Both the position numbers and the translations under genes were made by a program. From the NCBI GenBank assembly GCA_944372445.1, contig CALVZE010000001.1, positions 50,199-114,198 of the forward strand: a stretch of DNA of 64,000 nucleotides. The letters run 5' to 3'. Source of the stretch: an uncultured Clostridia bacterium. Its GTDB lineage: Bacteria; Bacillota; Clostridia; Christensenellales; UBA1242. Under the pieces are notes generated by a model. The model made no database searches and was not told the origin of the DNA. It saw only the letters and a program-made list of their open reading frames with translations. Shown here piece after piece: positions 47,449-56,926 of this stretch. The first letter of the stretch is position 1. Each line of letters begins with the position of its first letter.

Positions 47449-48579
47449 ATGAAAAAGGGTTGGAAAATTGCAGGAATTAGTTTGTTGCTTGTAATTCTAC
47501 TTGTTTTAGTCGTGCTACTAAGCTATGTTGCTTATCTGTCGGTAGGTTACTATCGAATTAAAGACAATCTAGAAGTGGCGGTTAATAATAACACCGAAGA
47601 AGTGGTGGAGCTAAATAAGTCGTATTCCATTTCCACATACAATATCGGCTTTGGTGCGTATTCACATGATTTTTCCTTCTTTATGGACAGTGGCGAAATG
47701 CTTGACGGCACAAAGGTGTCGGGCAATAAATCACGCGCAAGCAGTGAAGAAGTTGTTTTATACAACACAAACGGCGCAATAGAAACCATCCAAAAGCTTA
47801 GCACCGATTTTTCCTTTTTTCAAGAGGTGGACATAAAGGCGGACAGAAGCCACTTTGTCAATCAATATGAAATGATAAGTGAAAGTTTTTCGGCTTATTC
47901 AAACAGTTTTGTAGAGAACATGCACACACGCTATCTATGTTACCCTTTCAACGAACCTATCGGGAGTATAAAATCTGGGCAGGTTACTCTTTCTAAGTAT
48001 AAGATTGACAAAAGCGTTCGCCGTTCTTTCCCGATTGACGAAAGTTTTATCAATAAATTTTTCGATTTAGATAGATGCTTTGAAGTTAATTATCTTCCAA
48101 TTCAAAACAGTGACAAAAAGCTTGTGCTCATCAATTTACATATGAGCGCGTATGATGAAGGTGGAAAGATAAGAGAAAAACAACTTGACATGCTCTTAAC
48201 TTTTATGGAAGGCGAATATAATAAAGGCAACTATGTGATTGCGGGTGGCGATTGGAATCATGACATCGCAGACAGTATCAACACCTTTACTTCTAAACAG
48301 AAAGTGCCAGAGTGGGTAAAAGAAATCAATGAAAGCGAACTCCCTGAGCATTTTTCCTTTGCAAAAAACACAAGCGTAGCCACTTGTCGTTCCACAGATA
48401 TGCCTTATGAAAAAGGCGTCAATTATACCGTTGTTTTAGATGGCTTTTTGGTTTCAGATAATATTCAAATTGACAGCATAGAAAACATCGACACCAATTT
48501 TGAGTATTCTGACCACAATCCTGCTTATATGACATTTACCTTACTTCAAGAGGAAGAAACAGGAGAAACAATTGAATAA
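47449..48579 (+). CDS. Endonuclease/exonuclease/phosphatase (EEP) family protein with an N-terminal membrane anchor
   Basis: N-terminal TM, FQEVD, INLHMSAYD, GGDWNHD and a C-terminal SDHNP motif. Confidence 0.8.
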   Translation: MKKGWKIAGISLLLVILLVLVVLLSYVAYLSVGYYRIKDNLEVAVNNNTEEVVELNKSYSISTYNIGFGAYSHDFSFFMDSGEMLDGTKVSGNKSRASSEEVVLYNTNGAIETIQKLSTDFSFFQEVDIKADRSHFVNQYEMISESFSAYSNSFVENMHTRYLCYPFNEPIGSIKSGQVTLSKYKIDKSVRRSFPIDESFINKFFDLDRCFEVNYLPIQNSDKKLVLINLHMSAYDEGGKIREKQLDMLLTFMEGEYNKGNYVIAGGDWNHDIADSINTFTSKQKVPEWVKEINESELPEHFSFAKNTSVATCRSTDMPYEKGVNYTVVLDGFLVSDNIQIDSIENIDTNFEYSDHNPAYMTFTLLQEEETGETIE

Positions 48580-48782
48580 AAAATTAAATAAAATATTAAA
48601 TAAAAAAAACAATTAATATCAAACAAAAAACAAATACTTTAAAATAAAAATTTTATTTATAAATTTATTTGAAATATTTTTCGGCATTATAAAAAGCAAT
48701 TTTAATGAATTATTTTGATATTTTATAAAAAAACAATAAAAAAATAGCAAAAATTTTAATTTTGCTATTTTTTGTCAAGAAT

Positions 48783-48855
48783 TTGATTATTTTCGTCATC
48801 CTGAGCGAAGTCGAATTGATTATTTTTGTCACCCCGAGCGTAGTCGAAGGATCTC
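48783..48855 (+). repeat. Tandem 33-bp duplication of the GTCATCCTGAGCG..GTCGAAGGATCT repeat core
   Basis: TTGATTATTTTCGTCATCCTGAGCGAAGTCGAA is followed directly by TTGATTATTTTTGTCACCCCGAGCGTAGTCGAA and then GGATCTC. Confidence 0.75.
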
Positions 48856-48881
48856 AAAATATCAATTTATTAATTTTAAAT

Positions 48882-49709
48882 TTATTCTTTATATTCTCTT
48901 GGAAAGACAATTAAATATCTTCTTGGTTCTTCGCCTTTGCTCATCGTTGTCACTCTGTCATCATTTTGAAGTGCGGTGTGGATGATTTTGCGTTCGCTGG
49001 CATCCATAGGTTCAAATTTATAATATCTTCCGCTTTTTGCCACCTTATTGGCGATTCGCTCTGCAAGCGTTCTTAATGTTTCTTCACGCTTTGAGCGGTA
49101 ATTTTCAACATCCAAAACAACTTTTTTGCCATTTTTGCATACTGAGCTTATGAAAGATGAGAGTGCGTATAGACATTCGCCGTGATGTCCGATTAAATCG
49201 TTGAGATTTTCTCCTGTAAGAGAATAACGGATAAACCTCTCGTCTTCGCTGACAGCAATATCTGCGGTTAGGTCAAGTGCCTCTAATATGTCTTTTATAA
49301 GTTTTTCTGCGTTTACCGTTTTAACATTTTTTTCTTCTTTATCTTCATCGCTTTTCTCTGCCACAATGTATTCTTCATCAGTGATAATTTGCACTTGCGG
49401 TCTTTCGGCTGAATGCTTTGGCTCTTCAACATCTACTTTGACTTTCGCCTGCTCCACTTTAACCTTAGGTTCGTGAACATTGACTTCAATCTTTGTATCT
49501 TCTTCTTTTTCTTGTTGTTTTAACTTTTCCTTTTTTTCATATTTTTCTCTGGCGTCCTCAGAGATAGTTACAAGCACCTTAGCTTTTTTTAAAAATCCAC
49601 CTGGATTTAAAATTTTAATATCGACATCTTCTCTTGACGCTTTAAGTTCAAATAGGGCGTTCTCAACCGCCTGTTCGATATTCTTTCCTGTTCCTTCACA
49701 TGATAGCAT
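48882..49709 (-). CDS. jag: Jag/KhpB (Jag_N-KH-R3H) RNA-binding protein
   Basis: Jag_N-like N-terminus (GKNIEQAVENAL), an acidic/lysine linker and a C-terminal R3H (FEPMDASERKIIHTALQNDDRVTT). Confidence 0.88.
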   Translation of the reverse strand: MLSCEGTGKNIEQAVENALFELKASREDVDIKILNPGGFLKKAKVLVTISEDAREKYEKKEKLKQQEKEEDTKIEVNVHEPKVKVEQAKVKVDVEEPKHSAERPQVQIITDEEYIVAEKSDEDKEEKNVKTVNAEKLIKDILEALDLTADIAVSEDERFIRYSLTGENLNDLIGHHGECLYALSSFISSVCKNGKKVVLDVENYRSKREETLRTLAERIANKVAKSGRYYKFEPMDASERKIIHTALQNDDRVTTMSKGEEPRRYLIVFPREYKE

Positions 49710-49723
49710 TTTTTCCTCTCCTT

Positions 49724-50431
49724 TTATTTGTTTAAGGCAATAGATAGGGCAACTTTAACGATGTCATCAAACGCAACTGCTCTTTCAGCTGACGATAAAT
49801 CTTTTTTTGTCACTACATTGTCAGACACGATACACATGGTGAGCGCATTTTTTTGAAATTTATTGGCGTTCAGATATAGACTTGCACTTTCCATTTCCAC
49901 ACCTAAAAGATTTTTTTCTTTGGCAAGTTTTATTTGGTCGAAATCTGTATAGAAATTGTCAGAGCAAAATATATCGCCACGAAAATATTTAAGACCTTTT
50001 TCCTTACACAAATTTTCCGCCTTGTCTAACAGAGGCGAAGAACCGCAGACGAACGAAGCTCCATTTTTGATATAAAAATCGTCAAAGTTCGTCTTTGTGT
50101 AAGAGCGGTCAGCAATTATTATGTCTTTTAAACCTATTTCCTTTTTAAGTGCGCCGATTGTTCCAACACGAATAATTGTTTCCACACCATAAAATGCAAA
50201 AAGTTCATAAGAATAAATTCCCATAGACGGACAGCCAATGCCATGCGCCATAAAGGTTATTTTTTTTCCGTTGTGAGTGCCGGTGTATGCAAGCATGCCT
50301 CTTGTGTCATTGACGCATCTAGCATTATCAAGAAACTTTTCCGCCATATTCTTTATGCGGACAGGGTCACCAGCCATAATCACTACTTTTGCTATATCAC
50401 TTTTCTTTGCATTCATATGTGGCGTTGCCAT
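49724..50431 (-). CDS. deoD: Purine nucleoside phosphorylase, DeoD type
   Basis: TPHMNAKKSDIAKVVIMAGDPVR...GMLAYTGTHNGKKITFMAHGIGCPS...VEMESASL. Confidence 0.92.
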   Translation of the reverse strand: MATPHMNAKKSDIAKVVIMAGDPVRIKNMAEKFLDNARCVNDTRGMLAYTGTHNGKKITFMAHGIGCPSMGIYSYELFAFYGVETIIRVGTIGALKKEIGLKDIIIADRSYTKTNFDDFYIKNGASFVCGSSPLLDKAENLCKEKGLKYFRGDIFCSDNFYTDFDQIKLAKEKNLLGVEMESASLYLNANKFQKNALTMCIVSDNVVTKKDLSSAERAVAFDDIVKVALSIALNK

Positions 50432-50584
50432 ACCTCCTCCCTTTACAAGAAGATTATAGCACAGAAATCAATCTTTTTACAATTTTTTTATTGAAAATAT
50501 AAATAAAATTGCTTTTTTCTTTTTGAATGGCTATAATTTAAGTTAATACTGACGAAATATTTAAATCTTTTGACAGGAGGAAAG

Positions 50585-51139
50585 ATGATTATATCTCTTA
50601 CAGGCAAGCCGTGCAGTGGGAAAGGCACGCTTGCAAAGGCATTAAGCGAAAAATATGATTTTAAAGTCTATTCAGTTGGCGAGATTTTTAAAGAAGAGGC
50701 GAAAAAACGCGGACTTTCCAGCGAAGAATTTAACAAGCTTCTTTTAAGCGACCCTAAATATGACAATCTTCTTGACAAGCGCACGATTGAGCTTGGCAAA
50801 AAGTGGAAAAACGAGAATATTGTTTTTGACAGTCGTTTGGCGTGGCACTTTATACCTCACTCTTTCAAAGTTTTTCTTGACCTTGATGAAGATGAAATGG
50901 CAAAACGCCTAGCAAACTCCGACCGCGAAGGAAAGGAAAAATATACTGATATAGAGGAAGCAAAACGCACGGTGATAGAGCGTTTTAACGCTGAAAATGT
51001 GCGCTATAAAAAGTTCTACGGCGTTGACAACACCGACATGTCGAACTATGACCTAGTCTTATCCAGCAAGGACAAAACGCCCGAAGCACTTGCCGACATT
51101 GTTTACAACGCCTACAAAAAGCATTTTAAGATAAAATAG
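50585..51139 (+). CDS. Cytidylate-kinase-like family P-loop kinase
   Basis: The P-loop IISLTGKPCSGKGT sits at the N-terminus. The ATG at 50585 follows AGGAGG. Confidence 0.7.
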   Translation: MIISLTGKPCSGKGTLAKALSEKYDFKVYSVGEIFKEEAKKRGLSSEEFNKLLLSDPKYDNLLDKRTIELGKKWKNENIVFDSRLAWHFIPHSFKVFLDLDEDEMAKRLANSDREGKEKYTDIEEAKRTVIERFNAENVRYKKFYGVDNTDMSNYDLVLSSKDKTPEALADIVYNAYKKHFKIK

Positions 51140-51214
51140 TTTTATATCTCAATTAACAATCTCCTATTTTAAGGTCAAAAATAGGAGATTAGTCAAGAAA
51201 ATAGGAGAAAAAGC

Positions 51215-51280
51215 CTAATAATTCTCAAATAATTCTTTTAAAGTTATGTTGTAAAACACACCGACATTTTGTTTATTCGG
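51215..51280 (-). pseudogene. 3'-terminal remnant of an XRE-type gene (left copy of the 45-bp direct repeat)
   Basis: The reverse strand decodes ...VFYNITLKELFENY*, compared with KFFNITFKELFENY* at the end of the intact XRE gene (52758). GCCTAATAATTCTCAAATAATTCTTT is identical in both copies. Confidence 0.5.
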
Positions 51281-51400
51281 CAGGAAAATCTCCACAAACT
51301 CGAATTATTACCCCGGAAAATCTCCATTTTTTAAAAATATTCGGTGGAAAAATCTCCACGTTTTCAAATTATTCCCCCGGAAAATCTCCATAATGGTTGA
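51273..51400 (+). repeat. Two tandem units of about 64 bp carrying four GGAAAATCTCCA cores
   Basis: Cores at 51283, 51315, 51346 (one extra A) and 51379, spaced 31-33 bp apart. Alternate flanks are ATTCGG.. and ATTATT.CCCC. Confidence 0.8.
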
Positions 51401-51446
51401 CTTTATTGTTGTTTTATGATAAAGTATTCGTATAAAAGGAGTGTTT

Positions 51447-52736
51447 ATGCTAAAAAGAGAGATAGAAGAAAAATTAAAAGAATGGAAGAGAAACAGTGAC
51501 AAAAAGTGTTTAATAATAAGTGGTGCAAGACAGGTAGGTAAAACATATATTGTTGAAAAATTTGCGAAAGAGAATTATGAAAACTTTATTGAGATTAATT
51601 TTGTGGAAAATCCAACCGCAAAAAAAATATTTGAGGGCGATTTAGACATTAATTCTATTCTTGCCAATATGTCTTTGTATGTTCAATCGCATTTAGTTCC
51701 AAATAAAACTCTTATTTTTTTTGATGAAATTCAAGCTTGTCCTAATGCAAGAACAGCATTAAAGTTTTTTGCAATTGATAAAAGGTTTGATGTAATTGCT
51801 TCTGGTTCTCTTTTGGGGATAAATTATGAACAAGTTTCTTCTTATCCGACTGGTTATGTTGAATTTTTAGAGATGAACCCACTTTCGTTTATAGAATTCC
51901 TTTGGGCAAATGGTGTTGAAGAAAGTGTTATCTCAATTATAAAAGAATGTTATGAAACTAAAAGCGTTGTAAATGAAGCAATGAATTTTAAACTATTAGA
52001 ATATTTTAAACAATATATTGTTGTTGGTGGTATGCCTAATGTTGTTAATACCTTTATAAATAATCACAACTATGAAGAAGTCTTGAATCTACAAAAAAAC
52101 ATATTAATTGATTATAAGAACGATATTGCGAAGTATGCTGTTTCAACGGAAAAAGTTAAAGCAAGAGCTTGCTTTGAAAGTATACCAGCGCAACTTGCAA
52201 AAGAGAATAAAAAGTTTATGTATAGCACTTTTGATAAAAACGGCAAAAGTCAAAAATATGAAGGGAGTGTAAATTGGTTAATTGATGCTGGAATAGTTAA
52301 TATTTGCAACAATATATCGACCCTTGACCTTCCACTTGTTGCATACAAAGAAGAAAATTATTTCAAACTCTATATGGCAGATACCGGGCTTCTTGTATCT
52401 ATGTTAGATGACGGAACAAATGCGCAAATTATGGAAGGAAATCTTGGAATTTATAAAGGTGCAATATTTGAAAATATCATCGCACAAATTTTGCATGCGA
52501 GTGGAAATAAACTATACTTTTATAATAGAAATAACACACTAGAACTTGATTTTGTTTTATCAAAAAATGCGAAAATAATTCCAATTGAAGTAAAATCAAA
52601 TAACAGTAAGGCAAAATCATTATCAACAATACTAAAAACTAATCCTGATTTGCAAGGAATTAAATTAATATATGGCAATGTTGGACAGGTTGGAAACATG
52701 CTGACATTGCCTCTATATATGGCAATGTTTTTATAA
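51447..52736 (+). CDS. AAA-family ATPase with DUF4143-type C-terminal domain
   Basis: Walker A motif ISGARQVGKT and Walker B motif LIFFDEIQ, in the typical AAA_14/DUF4143 layout. The ATG follows AAAGGAG. Confidence 0.8.
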   Translation: MLKREIEEKLKEWKRNSDKKCLIISGARQVGKTYIVEKFAKENYENFIEINFVENPTAKKIFEGDLDINSILANMSLYVQSHLVPNKTLIFFDEIQACPNARTALKFFAIDKRFDVIASGSLLGINYEQVSSYPTGYVEFLEMNPLSFIEFLWANGVEESVISIIKECYETKSVVNEAMNFKLLEYFKQYIVVGGMPNVVNTFINNHNYEEVLNLQKNILIDYKNDIAKYAVSTEKVKARACFESIPAQLAKENKKFMYSTFDKNGKSQKYEGSVNWLIDAGIVNICNNISTLDLPLVAYKEENYFKLYMADTGLLVSMLDDGTNAQIMEGNLGIYKGAIFENIIAQILHASGNKLYFYNRNNTLELDFVLSKNAKIIPIEVKSNNSKAKSLSTILKTNPDLQGIKLIYGNVGQVGNMLTLPLYMAMFL

Positions 52737-52757
52737 TCTTATTAAGGCAAAAGTTGC

Positions 52758-52970
52758 CTAATAATTCTCAAATAATTCTTTGAAAGTAATGTTGAAAAAC
52801 TTAACTAATTTTAGTAATGTTCGTAGTTGTGGAATGACTTTGTCGTTTTCTATGTTTGACAGCGTTGACTGAGAAATGTTAGTTTTTTGTGATAATTCTT
52901 TTATTGTTAGATTTTGCTTTTCTCTTAATCTTGTAAAATACCTTCCATTTGTTTTTATTTTTGTTTTCAT
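52758..52970 (-). CDS. XRE-family helix-turn-helix regulator (70 aa)
   Basis: LREKQNLTIKELSQKTNISQSTLSNIENDK matches the HTH_3 pattern. Confidence 0.85.
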   Translation of the reverse strand: MKTKIKTNGRYFTRLREKQNLTIKELSQKTNISQSTLSNIENDKVIPQLRTLLKLVKFFNITFKELFENY

Positions 52971-53129
52971 TTTTAACCTCCGAAAGTATTTTAAAAGATT
53001 TGAAAAGAAAAAGGTTGCAATGGGTAAAAGTTACACATTCTTTATATTGAGAAGGAAAATTATATTGAACTTTGCGTATTTCTTTGGAAAACGGGAATAA
53101 GTTTGATATACTAAAATATGGAGGGTGCT

Positions 53130-53975
53130 ATGGAAACTTTGGTGACTATTCTCACTATTTTTATTGTCCTTTTCTTTCTGGCGGTGATTTTAATCTTTTA
53201 CTATCGTGATAAAAAAAACAAGGGCGTTTCAAAATATATTTCAAAACTCATCTTTGAAAAATATAATGCAAAGATTGATAAGATTATAAAAGAAGTTGGA
53301 AATGAGGAATTTGAAAAAATCTCAAATGAAAGCAAACTTCAAATCGAAGAAAAAGATAAGCCTAATGAAAACTTAATCTTTGAGAACATCCGCTCAATAG
53401 ATGCGGTTGAAGATAACTTTGAACTTCTTAAAAAGGTGAACACAAAAGAGATAACTAGGTCAAAAGAAATTTTGAATCTTTTGAAGAAGAAGATAAAAAT
53501 CTTTGACCTTTCAAAGTTTGAAGCTAAAACGCATGGCGCTAAATGTCAAGCATTAAAAAAGTTTGAAGAAAAGTTAAGAAAGGTGGAGTTAGAAGCGGAC
53601 TATAAAAAGGTGCTGTCAGCTACACCGTGCTATAAGTTTAACTATGTATTTATGTTTTTAAATAAGTGCGCGCTCAAAATCGACCTTGAAAACATCTTCG
53701 CGGTGGAAATGGTGGACTATAAAAATATCGGCGTTCGGGTGTGGATGAGTGATGAAGGCTTTGTGGACTTTGACGGCACTTACGACCTAAACGAAACAAG
53801 ACACGAATTTCCAAAGAGCGAGGACGAAAACAATTTAGATATCAAAGAACAAGTTTGGCAAAAGACCTATGTGCTTTCCTTTACCTACAAGGAAATGACC
53901 TACGATGTGACAAAAAGTGTTGTGCTTTTAAAAGAACAGCAAGAGTTTGATAAACTTACCACTAAAAAATTTTAA
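53130..53975 (+). CDS. Hypothetical membrane-anchored protein (one N-terminal TM, Lys/Glu-rich), no recognisable domain
   Basis: Clean ORF with a GGAGGG RBS. N-terminal TM is TLVTILTIFIVLFFLAVILIFYY. Divergent from the XRE gene. Confidence 0.6.
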   Translation: METLVTILTIFIVLFFLAVILIFYYRDKKNKGVSKYISKLIFEKYNAKIDKIIKEVGNEEFEKISNESKLQIEEKDKPNENLIFENIRSIDAVEDNFELLKKVNTKEITRSKEILNLLKKKIKIFDLSKFEAKTHGAKCQALKKFEEKLRKVELEADYKKVLSATPCYKFNYVFMFLNKCALKIDLENIFAVEMVDYKNIGVRVWMSDEGFVDFDGTYDLNETRHEFPKSEDENNLDIKEQVWQKTYVLSFTYKEMTYDVTKSVVLLKEQQEFDKLTTKKF

Positions 53976-53980
53976 AATAA

Positions 53981-54016
53981 AATCCTTTTAACTTTTAAAC
54001 TAAAAGGATTTTTTGT
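53981..54016 (+). terminator. Rho-independent terminator
   Basis: AATCCTTTTA-acttttaaac-TAAAAGGATT followed by T6. Confidence 0.75.
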
Positions 54017-54171
54017 TTTGCGAATAGATAGCAAGTTCTAGGCGAAAAATTTTTAAATGGCACTTTTGTTATGAAGATATAACCTACTTTTAGACCGCTT
54101 CGCGCGAGCGTGATTTTAAAAAATATTTTAAAATTTATGGATTTATGAATTTTATTACTTTTTTGTTAAAA

Positions 54172-54219
54172 ACACAATATCTAGTTATTTTTGGTTGACA
54201 AAAACACTATATATGTTTT
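54172..54219 (+). promoter_or_regulatory. Two NrdR-box-like sites flanking the nrdD -35 element
   Basis: ACACAATATCTAGTTA (54172) and ACACTATATATGTTTT (54204), 32 bp apart, with TTGACA at 54195 between them. They resemble the NrdR box consensus acaCwAtATaTwGtgt. Confidence 0.6.
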
Positions 54220-54254
54220 AAAATAGGGGTAGAACTTGTAACAGGAGGTTAGAA

Positions 54255-56414
54255 ATGCAAGTAGTTAAAAGAAACGGAACTATTGTTGACTTTGACCAAA
54301 CCAAGATTGTCAATGCTATCGGCAAGGCCAACAATGAGGTTCTAGAAGATGAAAGAGCGACAGAACAGGAAATCGATGATATTATCAAAGATATTCTCGC
54401 CCTAAAAAAGAAAAGAATTCTTGTGGAGGACATTCAAGACTTCATCGAAGAAAGGCTTATGGCGTATGGACACTACGAACTTGCGAAAAAGTATATTATT
54501 TATAGATATACGCGCGCGCTTGTTAGAAAAGCCAACACTACCGACCAGTCCATCAAGGAGCTTATCGACGGCGAAAGCGAATATTGGAACACCGAAAATT
54601 CCAACAAAAACGCTCGTATTGTCACCACGCAACGCGACTATCTTGCAGGTATCACCAGCACTGACATCACAAGAAGATTTTTGCTTCCTGAGGATGTTGT
54701 TAAAGCGCATGATGAGGGTGTTATTCACTTTCACGATGCCGACTATTTTGCGCAGAATGCTCTTCACAATTGCGACCTTATCAATCTTGAAGATATGCTT
54801 CAAAATGGCACAAACATCAACGGTGTTATGATTGAAAAGCCACACAAATTTTTGACGGCTATGACAATTGCCACGCAAATTATTACGGCGGTGACATCAA
54901 GCCAATATGGCGGAGCAACCGTCACCATGACGCACCTTGCGCCATTTGTTCGAGATAGCTACAACAGATATCTTGATATGTATAAGAGGCGTGGACTAAA
55001 AGAGGAAGAGTGCGTTAAGTTTGCAAAAGAAGATGTGGCGCGAGAAATTCGTGACGGCGTGCAGACCTTTCAATATCAAGTGAACTCCATGACCACCACC
55101 AACGGACAAGCTCCATTTTTGAGCGTGTGCCTATACCTTGGCGAAACGAAAGAGTATAAAGAAGAGCTTGCTATGATTATTGAAGAAATTTTAAAACAGA
55201 GAATACAAGGCATGAAAAACGAGAAAGGCGTTTACATAACCCCTGCTTTCCCTAAGCTTTTGTATGTGCTTGAAGAGGACAATATTCACGAAAACAGCAA
55301 GTATTATTATCTTACAAAACTTGCCGCAGAATGCACAGCGAAGCGCATGGTTCCAGACTATATCTCTGAAAAAATGATGTTGAAATATAAAATCGACAAA
55401 AATGGCAATGGAAATTGTTATCCTTGCATGGGTTGTCGCTCTTTCCTTACTCCATATGTTGACCCTAAGACCAACAAGCCAAAATATTATGGCAGATTTA
55501 ATCAGGGCGTGGTGACTATCAATCTTGTTGATGTTGCACTCTCATCAAACAAAAATTTTGACGATTTTTGGAAGATATATGAAGATAGATTAGAGCTTTG
55601 CCACAAGGCTCTAAAAATCAGGCATGAGCGTCTTAGCAAAATCACCAGCGATGTTGCTCCAATACTATGGCAACACGGCGCACTTGCAAGACTTGAAAAA
55701 GGCGAGAGCGTTCATCCACTTTTACATGGCGGTTATTCCACCATTTCGCTCGGCTATGCAGGGCTTTATGAGTGTGTAAAATATATGACAGGACACAGCC
55801 ACACCGACAACGGCAAAGGCAAGGAATTTGCTCTCAAAGTTATGCAAAAGATGAATGATAAATGCAAGGAGTGGAAAGAGCTAGAAGATATCGATTACAG
55901 TGTTTACGGCACTCCGATTGAGTCAACCACATATAAGTTTGCTAAATGCCTTAAAAAACGCTTTGGTATAGTTAAAGGTGTGACCGACAAGGACTATATC
56001 ACAAACTCCTACCATGTCCCTGTGTTCGAAGAGATTGACGCCTTTTCAAAACTCAAACTTGAAAGCGAATTTCAGCGTCTTAGTCCGGGTGGTGCAGTTT
56101 CCTATGTGGAAACGCCGAACCTTCAAAACAACCTAGAAGTTGTAATGCAAGTTATCAAGTTTATCTATGACAACATCATGTATGCCGAGCTTAACACAAA
56201 GAGCGATTACTGCCAGAAGTGTGGCTATACCGGCGAAATACTTATCGATGACAATTTGGAATGGTATTGTCCAAACTGTGGTAACCGTGACCATAACACT
56301 CTTAATGTCGCAAGAAGAACCTGTGGCTATATCGGCACAAACTTCTGGAACAAGGGCAGAACGCAAGAGATTAAGGAAAGAGTTTTACACATCGACAATA
56401 AAGATGACGAATAG
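54255..56414 (+). CDS. nrdD: Anaerobic ribonucleoside-triphosphate reductase (class III)
   Basis: N-terminal ATP-cone (VVKRNGTIVDFDQTKI), a C-terminal Zn ribbon (CQKCG...CPNCG) and the glycyl-radical motif RTCGYIG. Confidence 0.95.
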   Translation: MQVVKRNGTIVDFDQTKIVNAIGKANNEVLEDERATEQEIDDIIKDILALKKKRILVEDIQDFIEERLMAYGHYELAKKYIIYRYTRALVRKANTTDQSIKELIDGESEYWNTENSNKNARIVTTQRDYLAGITSTDITRRFLLPEDVVKAHDEGVIHFHDADYFAQNALHNCDLINLEDMLQNGTNINGVMIEKPHKFLTAMTIATQIITAVTSSQYGGATVTMTHLAPFVRDSYNRYLDMYKRRGLKEEECVKFAKEDVAREIRDGVQTFQYQVNSMTTTNGQAPFLSVCLYLGETKEYKEELAMIIEEILKQRIQGMKNEKGVYITPAFPKLLYVLEEDNIHENSKYYYLTKLAAECTAKRMVPDYISEKMMLKYKIDKNGNGNCYPCMGCRSFLTPYVDPKTNKPKYYGRFNQGVVTINLVDVALSSNKNFDDFWKIYEDRLELCHKALKIRHERLSKITSDVAPILWQHGALARLEKGESVHPLLHGGYSTISLGYAGLYECVKYMTGHSHTDNGKGKEFALKVMQKMNDKCKEWKELEDIDYSVYGTPIESTTYKFAKCLKKRFGIVKGVTDKDYITNSYHVPVFEEIDAFSKLKLESEFQRLSPGGAVSYVETPNLQNNLEVVMQVIKFIYDNIMYAELNTKSDYCQKCGYTGEILIDDNLEWYCPNCGNRDHNTLNVARRTCGYIGTNFWNKGRTQEIKERVLHIDNKDDE

Positions 56415-56422
56415 GTGAAATT

Positions 56423-56926
56423 ATGAGATATGCTAAAATAAGGAAAATGGACATCTCAAACGGTCCAGGCGTTCGCGTGTCACTTTTTGTTCAAGGTTGC
56501 ACTTTTAATTGTAAAAACTGTTTCAATCCTGAAACGCATGACTTTAACGGCGGAAAGGAATTTACAGACGAAGTTATAGACCATATTCTTGACCTGTGTG
56601 CAAACGAAAATGTGGAAGGACTTTCAATACTTGGCGGAGAACCTATGCATCCAAAGAATATTGAAGGGGTGACAAAACTTGCCAAAAAATTTAAAGAGCG
56701 ATTTCCTGAAAAGAACCTATGGGCGTGGACGGGCTTTCTCTTTGACAGGTATTTAAAAGACAAGGAAATCGTCAAATATCTTGATGTTCTCGTCGACGGG
56801 CAGTATGTTGATGAACTTCATGATTTTACTTTGCAATGGCGTGGCTCGTCAAATCAAAGAGTTATTGATGTGCAAAGGTCGATAAAAGAAGAGAAAGTGG
56901 TGGAAAAACAAACGCAAAGCGTTTGA
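56423..56926 (+). CDS. nrdG: Anaerobic RNR activating radical-SAM protein
   Basis: CTFNCKNCFN radical-SAM cluster motif. Follows nrdD. Confidence 0.92.
   Translation: MRYAKIRKMDISNGPGVRVSLFVQGCTFNCKNCFNPETHDFNGGKEFTDEVIDHILDLCANENVEGLSILGGEPMHPKNIEGVTKLAKKFKERFPEKNLWAWTGFLFDRYLKDKEIVKYLDVLVDGQYVDELHDFTLQWRGSSNQRVIDVQRSIKEEKVVEKQTQSV

Noticed and set aside
51283-51390. Twelve-bp repeats every 32 bp considered as a mini-CRISPR.
   Set aside because: The repeat is too short, and the apparent spacers are pairwise similar because the array is a tandem duplication of a 64-bp unit. No cas genes are present.
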